Part shown: one piece after another, positions 43,745 to 52,391 of the stretch
Layout of the letters: every line of letters begins with the position of its first letter
Numbering within the stretch: the first letter of the stretch is position 1
Source: Blastocatellia bacterium
Lineage (GTDB): Bacteria > Acidobacteriota > Blastocatellia > Pyrinomonadales > Pyrinomonadaceae
Assembly: GCA_003487805.1 (NCBI GenBank)
Contig: DNNE01000065.1
Location: 56,349 to 120,348, forward strand
Length of the DNA stretch: 64,000 bases
Reading direction: 5' to 3'
Notes under the pieces: model-generated
Told to the model about the DNA's origin: nothing
The model's input: only the letters and a program-made list of their open reading frames with translations
Databases searched by the model: none
Made by a program: the position numbers and the translations under genes

Positions 43745-43784
43745 TGATGAGAGTATGTCTGTATCGAGGATGATTCCCGTGAAG

Positions 43785-44027
43785 TCATGAGGTCAGGGAA
43801 TCATGGAAGAATTTGGTGCGGTCGAGAGCTATGGTTTCTATTTCATCAATATCTTTGTCTCTGAGACCATCGTAGACATGACTCGCAAGTTCAATTAGAT
43901 CACCGTGCGAAATGTTTGGAGTCTCGACAGTCAGTCTTACACGCTGCCCTTCCGAGAAAGGCAGTGAGCCGTTCTCAACGGGCTTAAATTTACCTTCTTC
44001 GAATACTCCTTCAAGTATTTGGGTCAT
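43785..44027 (-). CDS. antitoxin, DUF104 (AF2212-like) family
   Basis: MTQILEGVFEEGKFKPVENGSLPFSEGQRVRLTVE is the DUF104 signature. The stop overlaps an ATG (ATGA) directly upstream of the PIN gene. Confidence 0.6.
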   Translation of the reverse strand: MTQILEGVFEEGKFKPVENGSLPFSEGQRVRLTVETPNISHGDLIELASHVYDGLRDKDIDEIETIALDRTKFFHDSLTS

Positions 44028-44052
44028 GATGCAATCACACCCTCTCAGGATC

Positions 44053-44406
44053 TCACCCGGGCGGCCAGGTCATCTCGCGTCCGCCCAGCACGTGCACGTG
44101 TATATGAAAGACAGATTGGCCGGCGCCGCTGCCGGTATTTATCACTGTGCGATAGCCACCACTGTCCGACAATCCGTGATCGTAGGCCACTCGCGCGGAG
44201 ATCCTCAAAAGATGGCCTAATAGTGATTCATCTTTTTGCGAAGCATCGTCGAGCGAGTCCATGTGCTCGCGCGGAATGACTAATAAGTGCGTGGGGGCCT
44301 GCGGATTAGCGTCGCGAATAACGATGCAACGAGGGTCCTGGTAAACCACGTCAGCGGCGGCAGTTCCCGCCAAAATCTTGCAAAATAGGCAATCTGTCTC
44401 GCTCAT
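44053..44406 (-). CDS. HIT-family (histidine triad) nucleotide-binding protein
   Basis: CLFCKI...APTHLLVIPR...GQSVFHIHVHVLGG. Confidence 0.88.
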   Translation of the reverse strand: MSETDCLFCKILAGTAAADVVYQDPRCIVIRDANPQAPTHLLVIPREHMDSLDDASQKDESLLGHLLRISARVAYDHGLSDSGGYRTVINTGSGAGQSVFHIHVHVLGGREMTWPPG

Positions 44407-44451
44407 GTCGGGAATAATAACACAGAGTTCAGCGGTTCAAAGTTCAAGCAT

Positions 44452-44532
44452 CCGGTACGGAACCGCTTGCGCTAGCAAGCGGGTAATCCCAAGGAAACTA
44501 CCCGGTCGCTTGCGCGACCGGTTCCGTACCGG
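44452..44532. repeat. 81-bp imperfect palindrome (arms CCGGTACGGAACC...GGTTCCGTACCGG)
   Basis: CCGGTACGGAACCGCTTGCGCTAGCAAGCGGGTA ... TACCCGGTCGCTTGCGCGACCGGTTCCGTACCGG. Confidence 0.8.
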
Positions 44533-44590
44533 TTTTGTCTTGTCGACATTCTGGACAAAGCCGCTAACAGCGCAACCTGAAGGTTGAACG

Positions 44591-45901
44591 CTAGAGACTC
44601 TCTTGCGGCTGCGTCGATAGCGGAGCAGTCACCGAATCGCGCACACGTTCGATGTCAGCGCCGACCTCCTTCAACTTCGTTTCGATCTTTTCGTAGCCGC
44701 GATCGATGTGATAGACGCGATCGATCAAAGTCTCTCCGTCGGCAACCAATCCGGCGAGCACCAATGACGCGGAAGCGCGCAGGTCGGAAGCCTGCACGCG
44801 CGCGCCGATCAATTTGGCAGGCCCATCGACGATGGCTTTGTCATGGGTCACCTGAATACGCGCGCCCATGCGCTGTAATTCCGAAGCATGCATGAACCGA
44901 TTTTCGAAAATCGTTTCTGTGATCGTCGAGCGACCATTGGCCTGTGTCATCAGCGTCATGAACTGGGCCTGCATGTCAGTCGGAAAGGCGGGATACGGTT
45001 CAGTCATCAAGTCGCTCGCATGCAAACCCCGCGCTCCACATCTCGCTTGCAAGGTGCTTTGATTTACTTCTTCGATCTCGACACCGACTTCGCGCAGCTT
45101 GCCGATGATCCGGTTGCAGTGTTCGGGGTTACAGTCCCTGATTTCCAATTCGCCTTTCGTAATCGCGGCGGCAACGATGAAAGTACCGGTTTCGATTCGA
45201 TCGGGAATGATTGTGTGCTCGGCCCCGCCCAGGCCTTCCACGCCTTCGATTTGAATCGTTGGCGTGCCCGCGCCCCGCACGCGCGCGCCCATTTTGTTGA
45301 GCAATTCCGCGAGATCTCTTACTTCCGGCTCACGCGCGGCGTTGTGAATAGTCGTTGTTCCGCGCGCCAAGGTTGCCGCCATCATCAGGTTCTCAGTTCC
45401 GGTCACGGAAATCTTATCGAAACTGATCTCGGCACCGACTAATCCATCTTCCGGCGACCGCGCTACCACATCTCCCGCTTCGAGGAAAACTTCAGCGCCC
45501 ATCTTTTCGAGTGCCGCCAAATGTAAATCGATCGGCCGTGCGCCGATCGCGCAACCGCCGGGCAGAGAGACTCGCGCCTTGCCGAAGCGCGCCACTAACG
45601 GACCTAAGGCGAGGACTGAGGCCCGCATTGTTTTTACTAACTCGTAAGGCGCGGCCATTAACTCGACGTTGGCGGCGGAAATTTTATGAGTGCGTAACTC
45701 AGGTGTTAGCACGTGTGCGCCGATGTCTTCCAGCAAGCGCCGCATCGTGATGATGTCGCGCACGTAAGGAAGGTTATGAAGAGTAACCGTCTCAGGTGTG
45801 AGGATCGCCGCGGCCATGCACGGCAAAGCAGAGTTCTTAGCGCCACTGATAGAGACGCGTCCTTTGATCGGGTTGCCGCCGCGAATGCGAAATTTATCCA
45901 C
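44591..45901 (-). CDS. murA: UDP-N-acetylglucosamine 1-carboxyvinyltransferase
   Basis: GTG 45901 gives VDKFRIRGGNPIKGRVSISGAKNSALPCMAAAIL..., the canonical MurA N-terminus, for 436 aa. The track's 520-aa version adds a non-homologous 84-aa extension that overlaps the upstream gene. Confidence 0.9.
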   Translation of the reverse strand: MDKFRIRGGNPIKGRVSISGAKNSALPCMAAAILTPETVTLHNLPYVRDIITMRRLLEDIGAHVLTPELRTHKISAANVELMAAPYELVKTMRASVLALGPLVARFGKARVSLPGGCAIGARPIDLHLAALEKMGAEVFLEAGDVVARSPEDGLVGAEISFDKISVTGTENLMMAATLARGTTTIHNAAREPEVRDLAELLNKMGARVRGAGTPTIQIEGVEGLGGAEHTIIPDRIETGTFIVAAAITKGELEIRDCNPEHCNRIIGKLREVGVEIEEVNQSTLQARCGARGLHASDLMTEPYPAFPTDMQAQFMTLMTQANGRSTITETIFENRFMHASELQRMGARIQVTHDKAIVDGPAKLIGARVQASDLRASASLVLAGLVADGETLIDRVYHIDRGYEKIETKLKEVGADIERVRDSVTAPLSTQPQESL

Positions 45902-45986
45902 GCTCCGAAGATTAATGGAAAACCGGAGAATGGTGAAGTACCAACGCGATGATTTTCGGGTGAGGATGACCGGATGATCTTCCCGG

Positions 45987-46985
45987 TCACTGTCGCGGAG
46001 TTGGTGAAGTAGCCGGCTTACTGTCGCCGCGATTCCCGTCGATGCTGGACGGCAATGTTCCAGTGATCGTGAAGCCGCCGCTGCTGACGCCGGTGATATT
46101 CGTAGTCCAGTTGAAGGTTCCGTTGGCAGGCACCTGGGATGGCTGAATGACAATGTTCTGTGTGTTGCCGCCAGTCAGGTTGATATTTGATGGCGTTTGA
46201 TTTTGAAGCTGCACCGGGACCGGCTCGGTGATTCCCTGCAGGCCCTGTACCTCAACATGCAGTTCAGTCGACTCGCCTTTCAACAGAGAAGTTTTTGGCG
46301 CGGTCAGATCGATCTTCAGCGCACGAAAGTTGCCGGTACTCTGTTGACCGTTCTCATTCACGGCGATTTTGCTCGGCCCAACGACGGTACCTGGTGTTTC
46401 GATGATCACATTTCGCGGTGATTCGGCGATGACCTTTGCGGGCACGCCGCCGACCTGGACTTTGGTGTTCGAAGAATCGCCGTCGAATGGCCCAGTGATC
46501 GAGATTGGATTGCCACTCTGGCCCAGTTGAGGTATGACGAAGCTCGGCGTCGTGTTTGTATTTGGCGCCGGCTTCACCGGCAGCGGCGCACTACTCACTT
46601 TGTTGCCTTTTGGATCGAGAAGGATGATATCCGGCGGTCTCACAAGTGACGGCGGGATGACGAATCGCTGGATGACGCCGCCGGACACGGGCCAATGCTT
46701 AGTGTTTACCTCAATGACATACCCGTTCAGCTCGTCGGCATTTTTCTGCTTTTCTCGCTCATCTTTTCCCGACGGCTCGGCTATTACAGTCCCAGAAATC
46801 GTATCGCCCGCGGCCATGTCGGATGGCAGAGAAATTCGAATCTTGCCGCGCGCGGCGTTGAGGATGATGGTGCGAACAGCGCTCCCGGTTAAGACGCCTA
46901 TCTGGGAATTCGTCGTGGGCGTTGGCTGTAGTGAAAGAATCAGGGCGAGAGCAAGGGAGATAAACAACAAGCGTCGGGGGATCAT
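45987..46985 (-). CDS. secreted protein with IPT/TIG-like Ig-fold segments
   Basis: Signal MIPRRLLFISLALALILSL. GNPISITGPFDGDSSNTKVQVGGVPAKVIAESPRNVIIETP resembles IPT/TIG. Confidence 0.6.
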   Translation of the reverse strand: MIPRRLLFISLALALILSLQPTPTTNSQIGVLTGSAVRTIILNAARGKIRISLPSDMAAGDTISGTVIAEPSGKDEREKQKNADELNGYVIEVNTKHWPVSGGVIQRFVIPPSLVRPPDIILLDPKGNKVSSAPLPVKPAPNTNTTPSFVIPQLGQSGNPISITGPFDGDSSNTKVQVGGVPAKVIAESPRNVIIETPGTVVGPSKIAVNENGQQSTGNFRALKIDLTAPKTSLLKGESTELHVEVQGLQGITEPVPVQLQNQTPSNINLTGGNTQNIVIQPSQVPANGTFNWTTNITGVSSGGFTITGTLPSSIDGNRGDSKPATSPTPRQ

Positions 46986-47103
46986 TCGTGTTACCTCGAA
47001 GATGCGTCATTCGGAGATCTCAAGTGACGCAGATTAATGAAGCCCGGACCGCTAGAAATTATGAAGTGAGCGAAGCATACTCCAGCTCACACTTCCGGAC
47101 AAA

Positions 47104-48069
47104 TCAACTCTCGCGCGCCCTGACCATCGCGGGATAGCAAAGAATAATTCCTGCCAGAAAGGACGTGGCGCCGATCAGGGCTGGTGCGAGGTGAATCAGA
47201 TCCACATACCCAACAGCCGGATGAACACCGATCGCAGCAGCGAAGCCGACAGCTCCGGCAAAACTCAAAACCTGCCACAGACTCTTTGATGGTTTCGCGC
47301 ACCACACCGAAAAAAGCACAGTGATACCAGTCGTGCAGATCGCGCCGCCGAAACCTGCACGATCATGAGCAATTAGTGGAAGCAGGCGCGGGCTGATAGC
47401 GCGAATTTCGTTCAGAGGCAGCCCAATGAAACTCAAGTCCTGGGGCACAAAAACTCTGGTCATACCAACGATCATAATTGTGAGACCGCCCGCGACCATC
47501 CCCGCGGCCGTGATAAGCAGGAGCGCACGGCCCATCCCAAACCGCGATCGCCAGAGAGTTTTCGCCGCCGGCTTCATCAGAGCGCCGATACCCTTGGGTG
47601 GCTGAATCAGCGCGCGCGACTTTATTAACCCGCCAATGAAGAACGGGATGAGCAGGAGCGTGGCCATGCCATGCCAGGTGTCGAGATAGCCATAGCCGAG
47701 ATAGGAGAGGAAACTCCCAAAGCCAGCCATGATGCTCACGATGTAAAGCCACCACGCCCAGGCGTGACCCTGGCGCAAGGGAAACTCGGCCAACCACATG
47801 TATAGCGATCCAATAGCAATCAATGCGCCGCCGAACGAGACGCGATCGTGAAACATGAAATAGACCACACGGCAATTCTGGATTCCGCAGAGTTGCTCTG
47901 CAGTCATGCCGAGAAACTGCACGTCGTGAGGAAGAAACTGTCGCGTGACCGAAAGAAACAGTGCGAATCCGCCCGCCAGTACCAGACACATTCCACCAAA
48001 GATCAAGAGCGGACGCCCGTCGCCTATCAATGCTTCAAGAAATCCGCGGCTGTCATTTCGGGAATTCAT
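47104..48069 (-). CDS. polytopic membrane protein with internal duplication, unknown function
   Basis: About 8 TM segments. FLPHDVQFLGMTAEQL...FHDRVSFGGALIAIG is paralleled by FVPQDLSFIGLPLNEI...AHDRAGFGGAICTTG. Confidence 0.6.
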   Translation of the reverse strand: MNSRNDSRGFLEALIGDGRPLLIFGGMCLVLAGGFALFLSVTRQFLPHDVQFLGMTAEQLCGIQNCRVVYFMFHDRVSFGGALIAIGSLYMWLAEFPLRQGHAWAWWLYIVSIMAGFGSFLSYLGYGYLDTWHGMATLLLIPFFIGGLIKSRALIQPPKGIGALMKPAAKTLWRSRFGMGRALLLITAAGMVAGGLTIMIVGMTRVFVPQDLSFIGLPLNEIRAISPRLLPLIAHDRAGFGGAICTTGITVLFSVWCAKPSKSLWQVLSFAGAVGFAAAIGVHPAVGYVDLIHLAPALIGATSFLAGIILCYPAMVRARES

Positions 48070-48099
48070 GCTCGGGTAGATTGGTCCGCTCAGACAGGA

Positions 48100-48597
48100 C
48101 TAACTCAGACATAGTTCGACGATTGCTGCAACGGAATTCGACGGCTGAATCGGAATCTTTCGCTCGGCCAAAGAATAATCGTCGCGGCGCGACTCAAATC
48201 TCGCTTTCGCCGTCTCGCGATCAGGCGCGAGCGGCCGGACGGTTCTGCTGTCGATTATTCTTTGCCAGCAAACTTCAAACGGCGCGTCGAGCCAGACTGT
48301 CAGACAGTCGTGAAGCGCAATCAGGGTGCGATTCGCCGGAACAGACCAGGTCCCGCCGCCCAGCGCGATCACGCGCCCGTCCCGATCTTTGAGGACTTCG
48401 GTTAGCGCCAGGCTCTCAATTTGCCGAAACGCGGGCTCGCCGTCTTGTTCGATAATTTCGGCAGGCGAACGGCCCTGGCTTTCAGTAATAAATGAATCGA
48501 GATCGACAAATCTATACTCAAGTTGGCGCGCCAACTCGGTCGCGACAGTTGTTTTGCCGCAACCCATGAAGCCAAGAATGACAATGCGACGATTCAT
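48100..48597 (-). CDS. aroK: shikimate kinase
   Basis: IVILGFMGCGKTTVATELARQL (P-loop), FVDLDSFI, ALGGG. Confidence 0.85.
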   Translation of the reverse strand: MNRRIVILGFMGCGKTTVATELARQLEYRFVDLDSFITESQGRSPAEIIEQDGEPAFRQIESLALTEVLKDRDGRVIALGGGTWSVPANRTLIALHDCLTVWLDAPFEVCWQRIIDSRTVRPLAPDRETAKARFESRRDDYSLAERKIPIQPSNSVAAIVELCLS

Positions 48598-48692
48598 TGG
48601 AGCGCGAGCATCCTGCCCGTATCGGCGTGGCGGACTTGTGCCACAAATTCCCTTTCACAGGGATAACAACATACTTGACTCATCAACCGAAA

Positions 48693-48807
48693 CCTTCGTG
48701 TCTCTTCGTGATTCCCGGTTCGTGTGATTTCGTGGTTTGATGTTTGTTGATTCGTCAGCAAACCACACCACGAAAAAACACGAACACAAAACCAATCGAC
48801 ACGAAGG
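48693..48807. repeat. low-complexity 'word' palindrome (TTCGTG words / CACGAA words)
   Basis: CCTTCGTGTCTCTTCGTGATTCCCGGTTCGTGTGATTTCGTGGTTTG ... CAAACCACACCACGAAAAAACACGAACACAAAACCAATCGACACGAAGG, lying between aroA and aroK. Confidence 0.8.
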
Positions 48808-48831
48808 CGCAGGTCGAGATGGGTCTAAATG

Positions 48832-50166
48832 TTATTTACCCCCCCAGGGGGAGAGAGAGAGAGAAGTACTCTCTGTTACTGACTCAAGCAAGCCAAAAAA
48901 CTCCGGAAACGAAACCGCGACACAATCTGCATGGTCGATCTCACTGTCGCCCTCAGCGACGAGCGCCGCAACCGTGAACGCCATCGCGATCCGATGATCG
49001 CCGCGCGGGTTAATCTTCGCCGCCCGCAATTTGGTTGGGCCATTGACACGCAATCCATCATCGAATTCTTCCACTTCGCAGCCCATGGATCGAAGACCCG
49101 CCACACTCGATGAGATGCGATCGGATTCTTTCACGCGCAACTCTTTCGCATCGCGAATTTCGACCCCACCCTCGATTTGTGAGCCGACGACCGCCAGCAA
49201 CGGCAGTTCATCGATCAACTGAGGAATGATAGCGCCGTCGATCCTGAAAGGCGTCTTGATGTCCGGACTTGAAGCGCGAACGAAAATGTCACCGCGCGGC
49301 TCGTTAATCTCTTCGCGCTCGTTCATTACAGTTATCTCGAATCCGATTGACCGCAATTGACCGAGAAACCCGATGCGAGTCGGATTGATTCCTGCGTCGT
49401 CAATCTGCAACGACGATCCTGGGAGCAACGCGGCCGCGGCGACAAAGTATGCGGCTGAAGAAATGTCTCCGGGAATGAAAACGTCGCGGGCCTGCAACTG
49501 CGCCGGACCTGTAACCGCCGCGAAGCGCGCGCCTTCGCGTTCGGCTTTGCCCGTTTCTACCGGCGCACCGAACCAGGCGAGCATTCGCTCAGTATGATCA
49601 CGGGTGACCTCGTTCTCAATCACCGTCGTTCTTCCCTCAGCATGTAACCCCGCAAGTAGAATGCACGATTTCACTTGAGCGCTGGCCGTCAACAATTCGT
49701 AATCGATCGGCTTCAAAGTCGCGCCCCGAATCCGCAACGGGGCGCGTCCATCGCTCGAAGATATCTCTGCGCCCATCATTTCCAGAGGCTCGATGATTCT
49801 TTGCATCGGGCGCGAGCGCAATGACTCGTCGCCGGTTAGCGAGGAGACAAAATCGTGGCCGGCCAGGATGCCCGCCAACAGGCGCATCGTCGTTCCGCTA
49901 TTGCCACAGTCGAGCGGTCCATCGGGCGCAGACAGTCCATCGAGGCCTGCGCCATGAATCAAAATGTCGGAAGTATGCCGCTCAATTCGGACGCCCAGCT
50001 TTTCCAGACACGAAAGGGTCGCCGCGCAATCCGCGCTGGTTGAATAGTTGTTGAGATGAGAAACGTCGCTCGCGATCGCAGCAAACATCGCGGCGCGGTG
50101 CGAGATTGATTTGTCGCCGGGCAATCTAATGCGGCCGTGAATTCGTTTTGCCGGTCGAATTATCAC
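48832..50166 (-). CDS. aroA: 3-phosphoshikimate 1-carboxyvinyltransferase (EPSP synthase)
   Basis: GRIRLPGDKSISHRAAMFAAIA..., LDCGNSGTTMRLLAGIL, ...DHRIAMAFTVAAL. GTG start. Confidence 0.9.
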   Translation of the reverse strand: MIIRPAKRIHGRIRLPGDKSISHRAAMFAAIASDVSHLNNYSTSADCAATLSCLEKLGVRIERHTSDILIHGAGLDGLSAPDGPLDCGNSGTTMRLLAGILAGHDFVSSLTGDESLRSRPMQRIIEPLEMMGAEISSSDGRAPLRIRGATLKPIDYELLTASAQVKSCILLAGLHAEGRTTVIENEVTRDHTERMLAWFGAPVETGKAEREGARFAAVTGPAQLQARDVFIPGDISSAAYFVAAAALLPGSSLQIDDAGINPTRIGFLGQLRSIGFEITVMNEREEINEPRGDIFVRASSPDIKTPFRIDGAIIPQLIDELPLLAVVGSQIEGGVEIRDAKELRVKESDRISSSVAGLRSMGCEVEEFDDGLRVNGPTKLRAAKINPRGDHRIAMAFTVAALVAEGDSEIDHADCVAVSFPEFFGLLESVTESTSLSLSPWGGK

Positions 50167-50195
50167 GAGGGAATGTTAACCTTGTTTCGGCTTGC

Positions 50196-50236
50196 GGTGT
50201 TAGAGTACTGACCCATGACGTTGCTACTCTAACACC
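50196..50236. promoter_or_regulatory. 12-bp-arm inverted repeat in the divergent aroA / anti-sigma-kinase promoter region
   Basis: GGTGTTAGAGTA-N17-TACTCTAACACC, perfect arms. Confidence 0.3.
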
Positions 50237-50368
50237 CGACGTCTGACGAATCAGCAGCATAGGGGTTTCTTGACACGTGCCCAGCGGGCGTGTTACACGA
50301 ACGTCTTCGTTCGCTACTATTTAGCAGCAGCCGAACCGCAAAACCCGGCGAGAAAGGCCGCGCCTTTT

Positions 50369-50782
50369 GTGACCGAACAAACGACTCGACTCGTTTTGCC
50401 CAGCCACATTGAAGCGGTCGCCGATGCTGCCGCCGCCGTGACGGGCTTCATTCGAAATTGCGGCGCGCCGGACGACGCAGCCTTTGGAATCGAAATGGCT
50501 GTGCGCGAAGCAGTAACGAACGCGATGGTCCACGGCAATCAGGAGGACGAGGCGAAATCCGTTGAAGTAGTCTTCAACTGTCACGGCAACGAACTCGAAG
50601 TGGAAGTCAGAGATCAGGGCGAAGGATTTGATCCTACGCATATTCCTGATCCGACTGATCCGGCGAACCTGATGAAGACTTCGGGTCGCGGTATCTTCCT
50701 GATGCGGACTTTTATGGACGATGTGCAGTACGTGCATCGACCTGAGGGCGGGACCGCCGTGCGGATGATCAAAAAATTCTAA
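50369..50782 (+). CDS. RsbW/SpoIIAB-like anti-sigma factor serine kinase (HATPase_c_2)
   Basis: ...AVREAVTNAMVHGN (N-box), VRDQGEGFD (G1), GRGIFLMRTFMD (G2). The start is uncertain. GTG 50369 gives a typical ~137-aa protein; the track start TTG 50270 looks like a TTGACA promoter hexamer. Confidence 0.7.
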   Translation: MTEQTTRLVLPSHIEAVADAAAAVTGFIRNCGAPDDAAFGIEMAVREAVTNAMVHGNQEDEAKSVEVVFNCHGNELEVEVRDQGEGFDPTHIPDPTDPANLMKTSGRGIFLMRTFMDDVQYVHRPEGGTAVRMIKKF

Positions 50783-50807
50783 TTGGAGTTAGAGGAGAGA
50801 TTCCCTT

Positions 50808-51155
50808 ATGGCAGAACTCAACATTCGCGAGCGGCAAGCCGGAGACGTGACTGTCCTGGACATGGAGGGCCGCATCACGATCGGCGAAGGCAGCGTCGCT
50901 TTGCGCAGCGCCATCCGCCGGCTTTTGGAAGAAGGTAAGAAGAAAATCCTGCTGAATCTGGCGGGTGTGGGCTATATCGATTCGAGCGGCATTGGTGAAC
51001 TCGTGTCGAGTTATACCGCGATTAATAAAGATGGCGGCCAGCTAAAACTTTTGAGTTTGACGCAGAAGCTTCGGGACCTGCTCACTATTACCAAGCTGTT
51101 GACCGTCTTTGATTCGTACGACGAAGAACCCGAAGCCCTAAGCAACTTCAAATAG
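50808..51155 (+). CDS. STAS-domain anti-sigma-factor antagonist
   Basis: GAGGAG SD. ...[20 protein letters not shown]... (phosphorylatable DSSG serine), ...[17 protein letters not shown]. Confidence 0.85.
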   Translation: MAELNIRERQAGDVTVLDMEGRITIGEGSVALRSAIRRLLEEGKKKILLNLAGVGYIDSSGIGELVSSYTAINKDGGQLKLLSLTQKLRDLLTITKLLTVFDSYDEEPEALSNFK

Positions 51156-51221
51156 ATCGAACAGAAGTCGACTTTAAAGCGTTTACTTGTTTGCGCGGAA
51201 TTGATCGGGAGGATCTCACTA

Positions 51222-51569
51222 ATGGCTCAATTGACTATTAAGCAGCGACAGGCCGGCGATGTCGCGATTCTGGATCTTGATGGAGAAGTTCGCATCGGAG
51301 ACAGCGCGACGGCTTTACGCGGTGCGATCCGTGAACTGGTTGCGGCGGGCAACCAGAAGATCCTGCTGAATCTCGCCGGCGTGCGGTATATCGACTCCAG
51401 CGGCATCGGTGAATTGATCGCGAACTACACGACGGTCGGACGAAGCGGCGGCCATCTCAAGCTGTTGAACCTTACCGATAAGGTTCAGGATCTTTTGGTA
51501 ATCACGAAACTGCTGACCGTGTTTGATGTGTATGAGGCCGAACCAGAAGCACTGAGCAGTTTCAAATAG
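51222..51569 (+). CDS. STAS-domain anti-sigma-factor antagonist, tandem paralog
   Basis: GGGAGGA 8 nt before ATG 51222. About 60% identical to the preceding STAS protein, with the same [10 protein letters not shown] motif. Confidence 0.85.
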   Translation: MAQLTIKQRQAGDVAILDLDGEVRIGDSATALRGAIRELVAAGNQKILLNLAGVRYIDSSGIGELIANYTTVGRSGGHLKLLNLTDKVQDLLVITKLLTVFDVYEAEPEALSSFK

Positions 51570-51592
51570 GCGCTCCCCTAGTTTAATGAGAT

Positions 51593-51626
51593 GGCCCAGC
51601 AAAATCGCTGGGCCGTTTTCATTTTC
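51593..51626 (+). terminator. rho-independent terminator
   Basis: GGCCCAGC-AAAATC-GCTGGGCC followed by GTTTTCATTTTC. Confidence 0.75.
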
Positions 51627-51644
51627 ATTGATCGCAGACGCGCC

Positions 51645-51723
51645 GGGCAGTAGCCCGACCGTTAGGGAGGGCGCTTAACGGCGATAGTTTTTGCGCGCTC
51701 CCTAACGGTCGGGCTACTGCCCC
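51645..51723. repeat. 79-bp imperfect palindrome (arm GGGCAGTAGCCCGACCGTTAGGGAG)
   Basis: GGGCAGTAGCCCGACCGTTAGGGAGGGCGC ... GCGCGCTCCCTAACGGTCGGGCTACTGCCC. Confidence 0.85.
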
Positions 51724-51761
51724 GTCTCTCTGTGGCTTATGCTAGACTGCGCTTCTAAAAA

Positions 51762-52391
51762 ATGAGTCGCGCTAAATTCGACAAGACCGCGGGTGACGCA
51801 ATCGGCGCCGCTGTTCGCGAGATTGAAGCGGGGACGAACGCTGAGATTGTCGTTGCCGTGCGCGGCCGCTCGGGAACTTATCGTCACGCTGATTATCTTT
51901 TCGGCGCGGTCATCGCGTTCATTGGTCTGCTGTTTGTTCTTTTCTCACCCTTTGAATTTCACACCTTTTGGATTCCGTTCGATGTGATTGCCCTTTTTGT
52001 TGCCGGCGCCTTTGTGTCTTCGCGCGGTGATTGGATTCGGCGGTGCCTGACAACGAAAGCATTTCGCGTTAAGACCGCGCGCGCGGGGGCCGCGGCAATG
52101 TTTTATGAAGCCGGCATCGCCAACACATCGGCGGAAAACGGTTTGCTGATCTATTTGTCGCTACTCGAGCGATGCATGGAAGTAATTGCGGATCGCGGAA
52201 TTCTGACCGCGGTGCCGGCCTTAAAATGGAATCATGCGGTTTTTGAGTTGAAGGCTATTGGGGCCGATCCCGATCCAGACAAGTTGATTAAGGTCATGCG
52301 CGAGCTCGGGATCCTGCTCGCCGAATACTTACCAGCGACTGGCGAAAACCCGAACGAGTTGGCCGACGGACCGAGCATTGAACTGAGATGA
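51762..52391 (+). CDS. TPM-domain-like membrane protein (TPM fold apparently split by two TM helices)
   Basis: N-terminal TNAEIVVAVRGRSGTYRHADYLFG. Two hydrophobic helices follow, then ...ENGLLIYLSLLERCMEVIADRGI, resembling the two halves of a TPM/DUF477 domain. Confidence 0.5.
   Translation: MSRAKFDKTAGDAIGAAVREIEAGTNAEIVVAVRGRSGTYRHADYLFGAVIAFIGLLFVLFSPFEFHTFWIPFDVIALFVAGAFVSSRGDWIRRCLTTKAFRVKTARAGAAAMFYEAGIANTSAENGLLIYLSLLERCMEVIADRGILTAVPALKWNHAVFELKAIGADPDPDKLIKVMRELGILLAEYLPATGENPNELADGPSIELR

Noticed and set aside
45902-46153. 84-codon N-terminal extension of murA (track ORF 44591-46153).
   Set aside because: The extension has no MurA similarity and overlaps the 3' end of the upstream gene. 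GTG 45901 yields the canonical MurA N-terminus VDKFRIRGG and a normal length of 436 aa.
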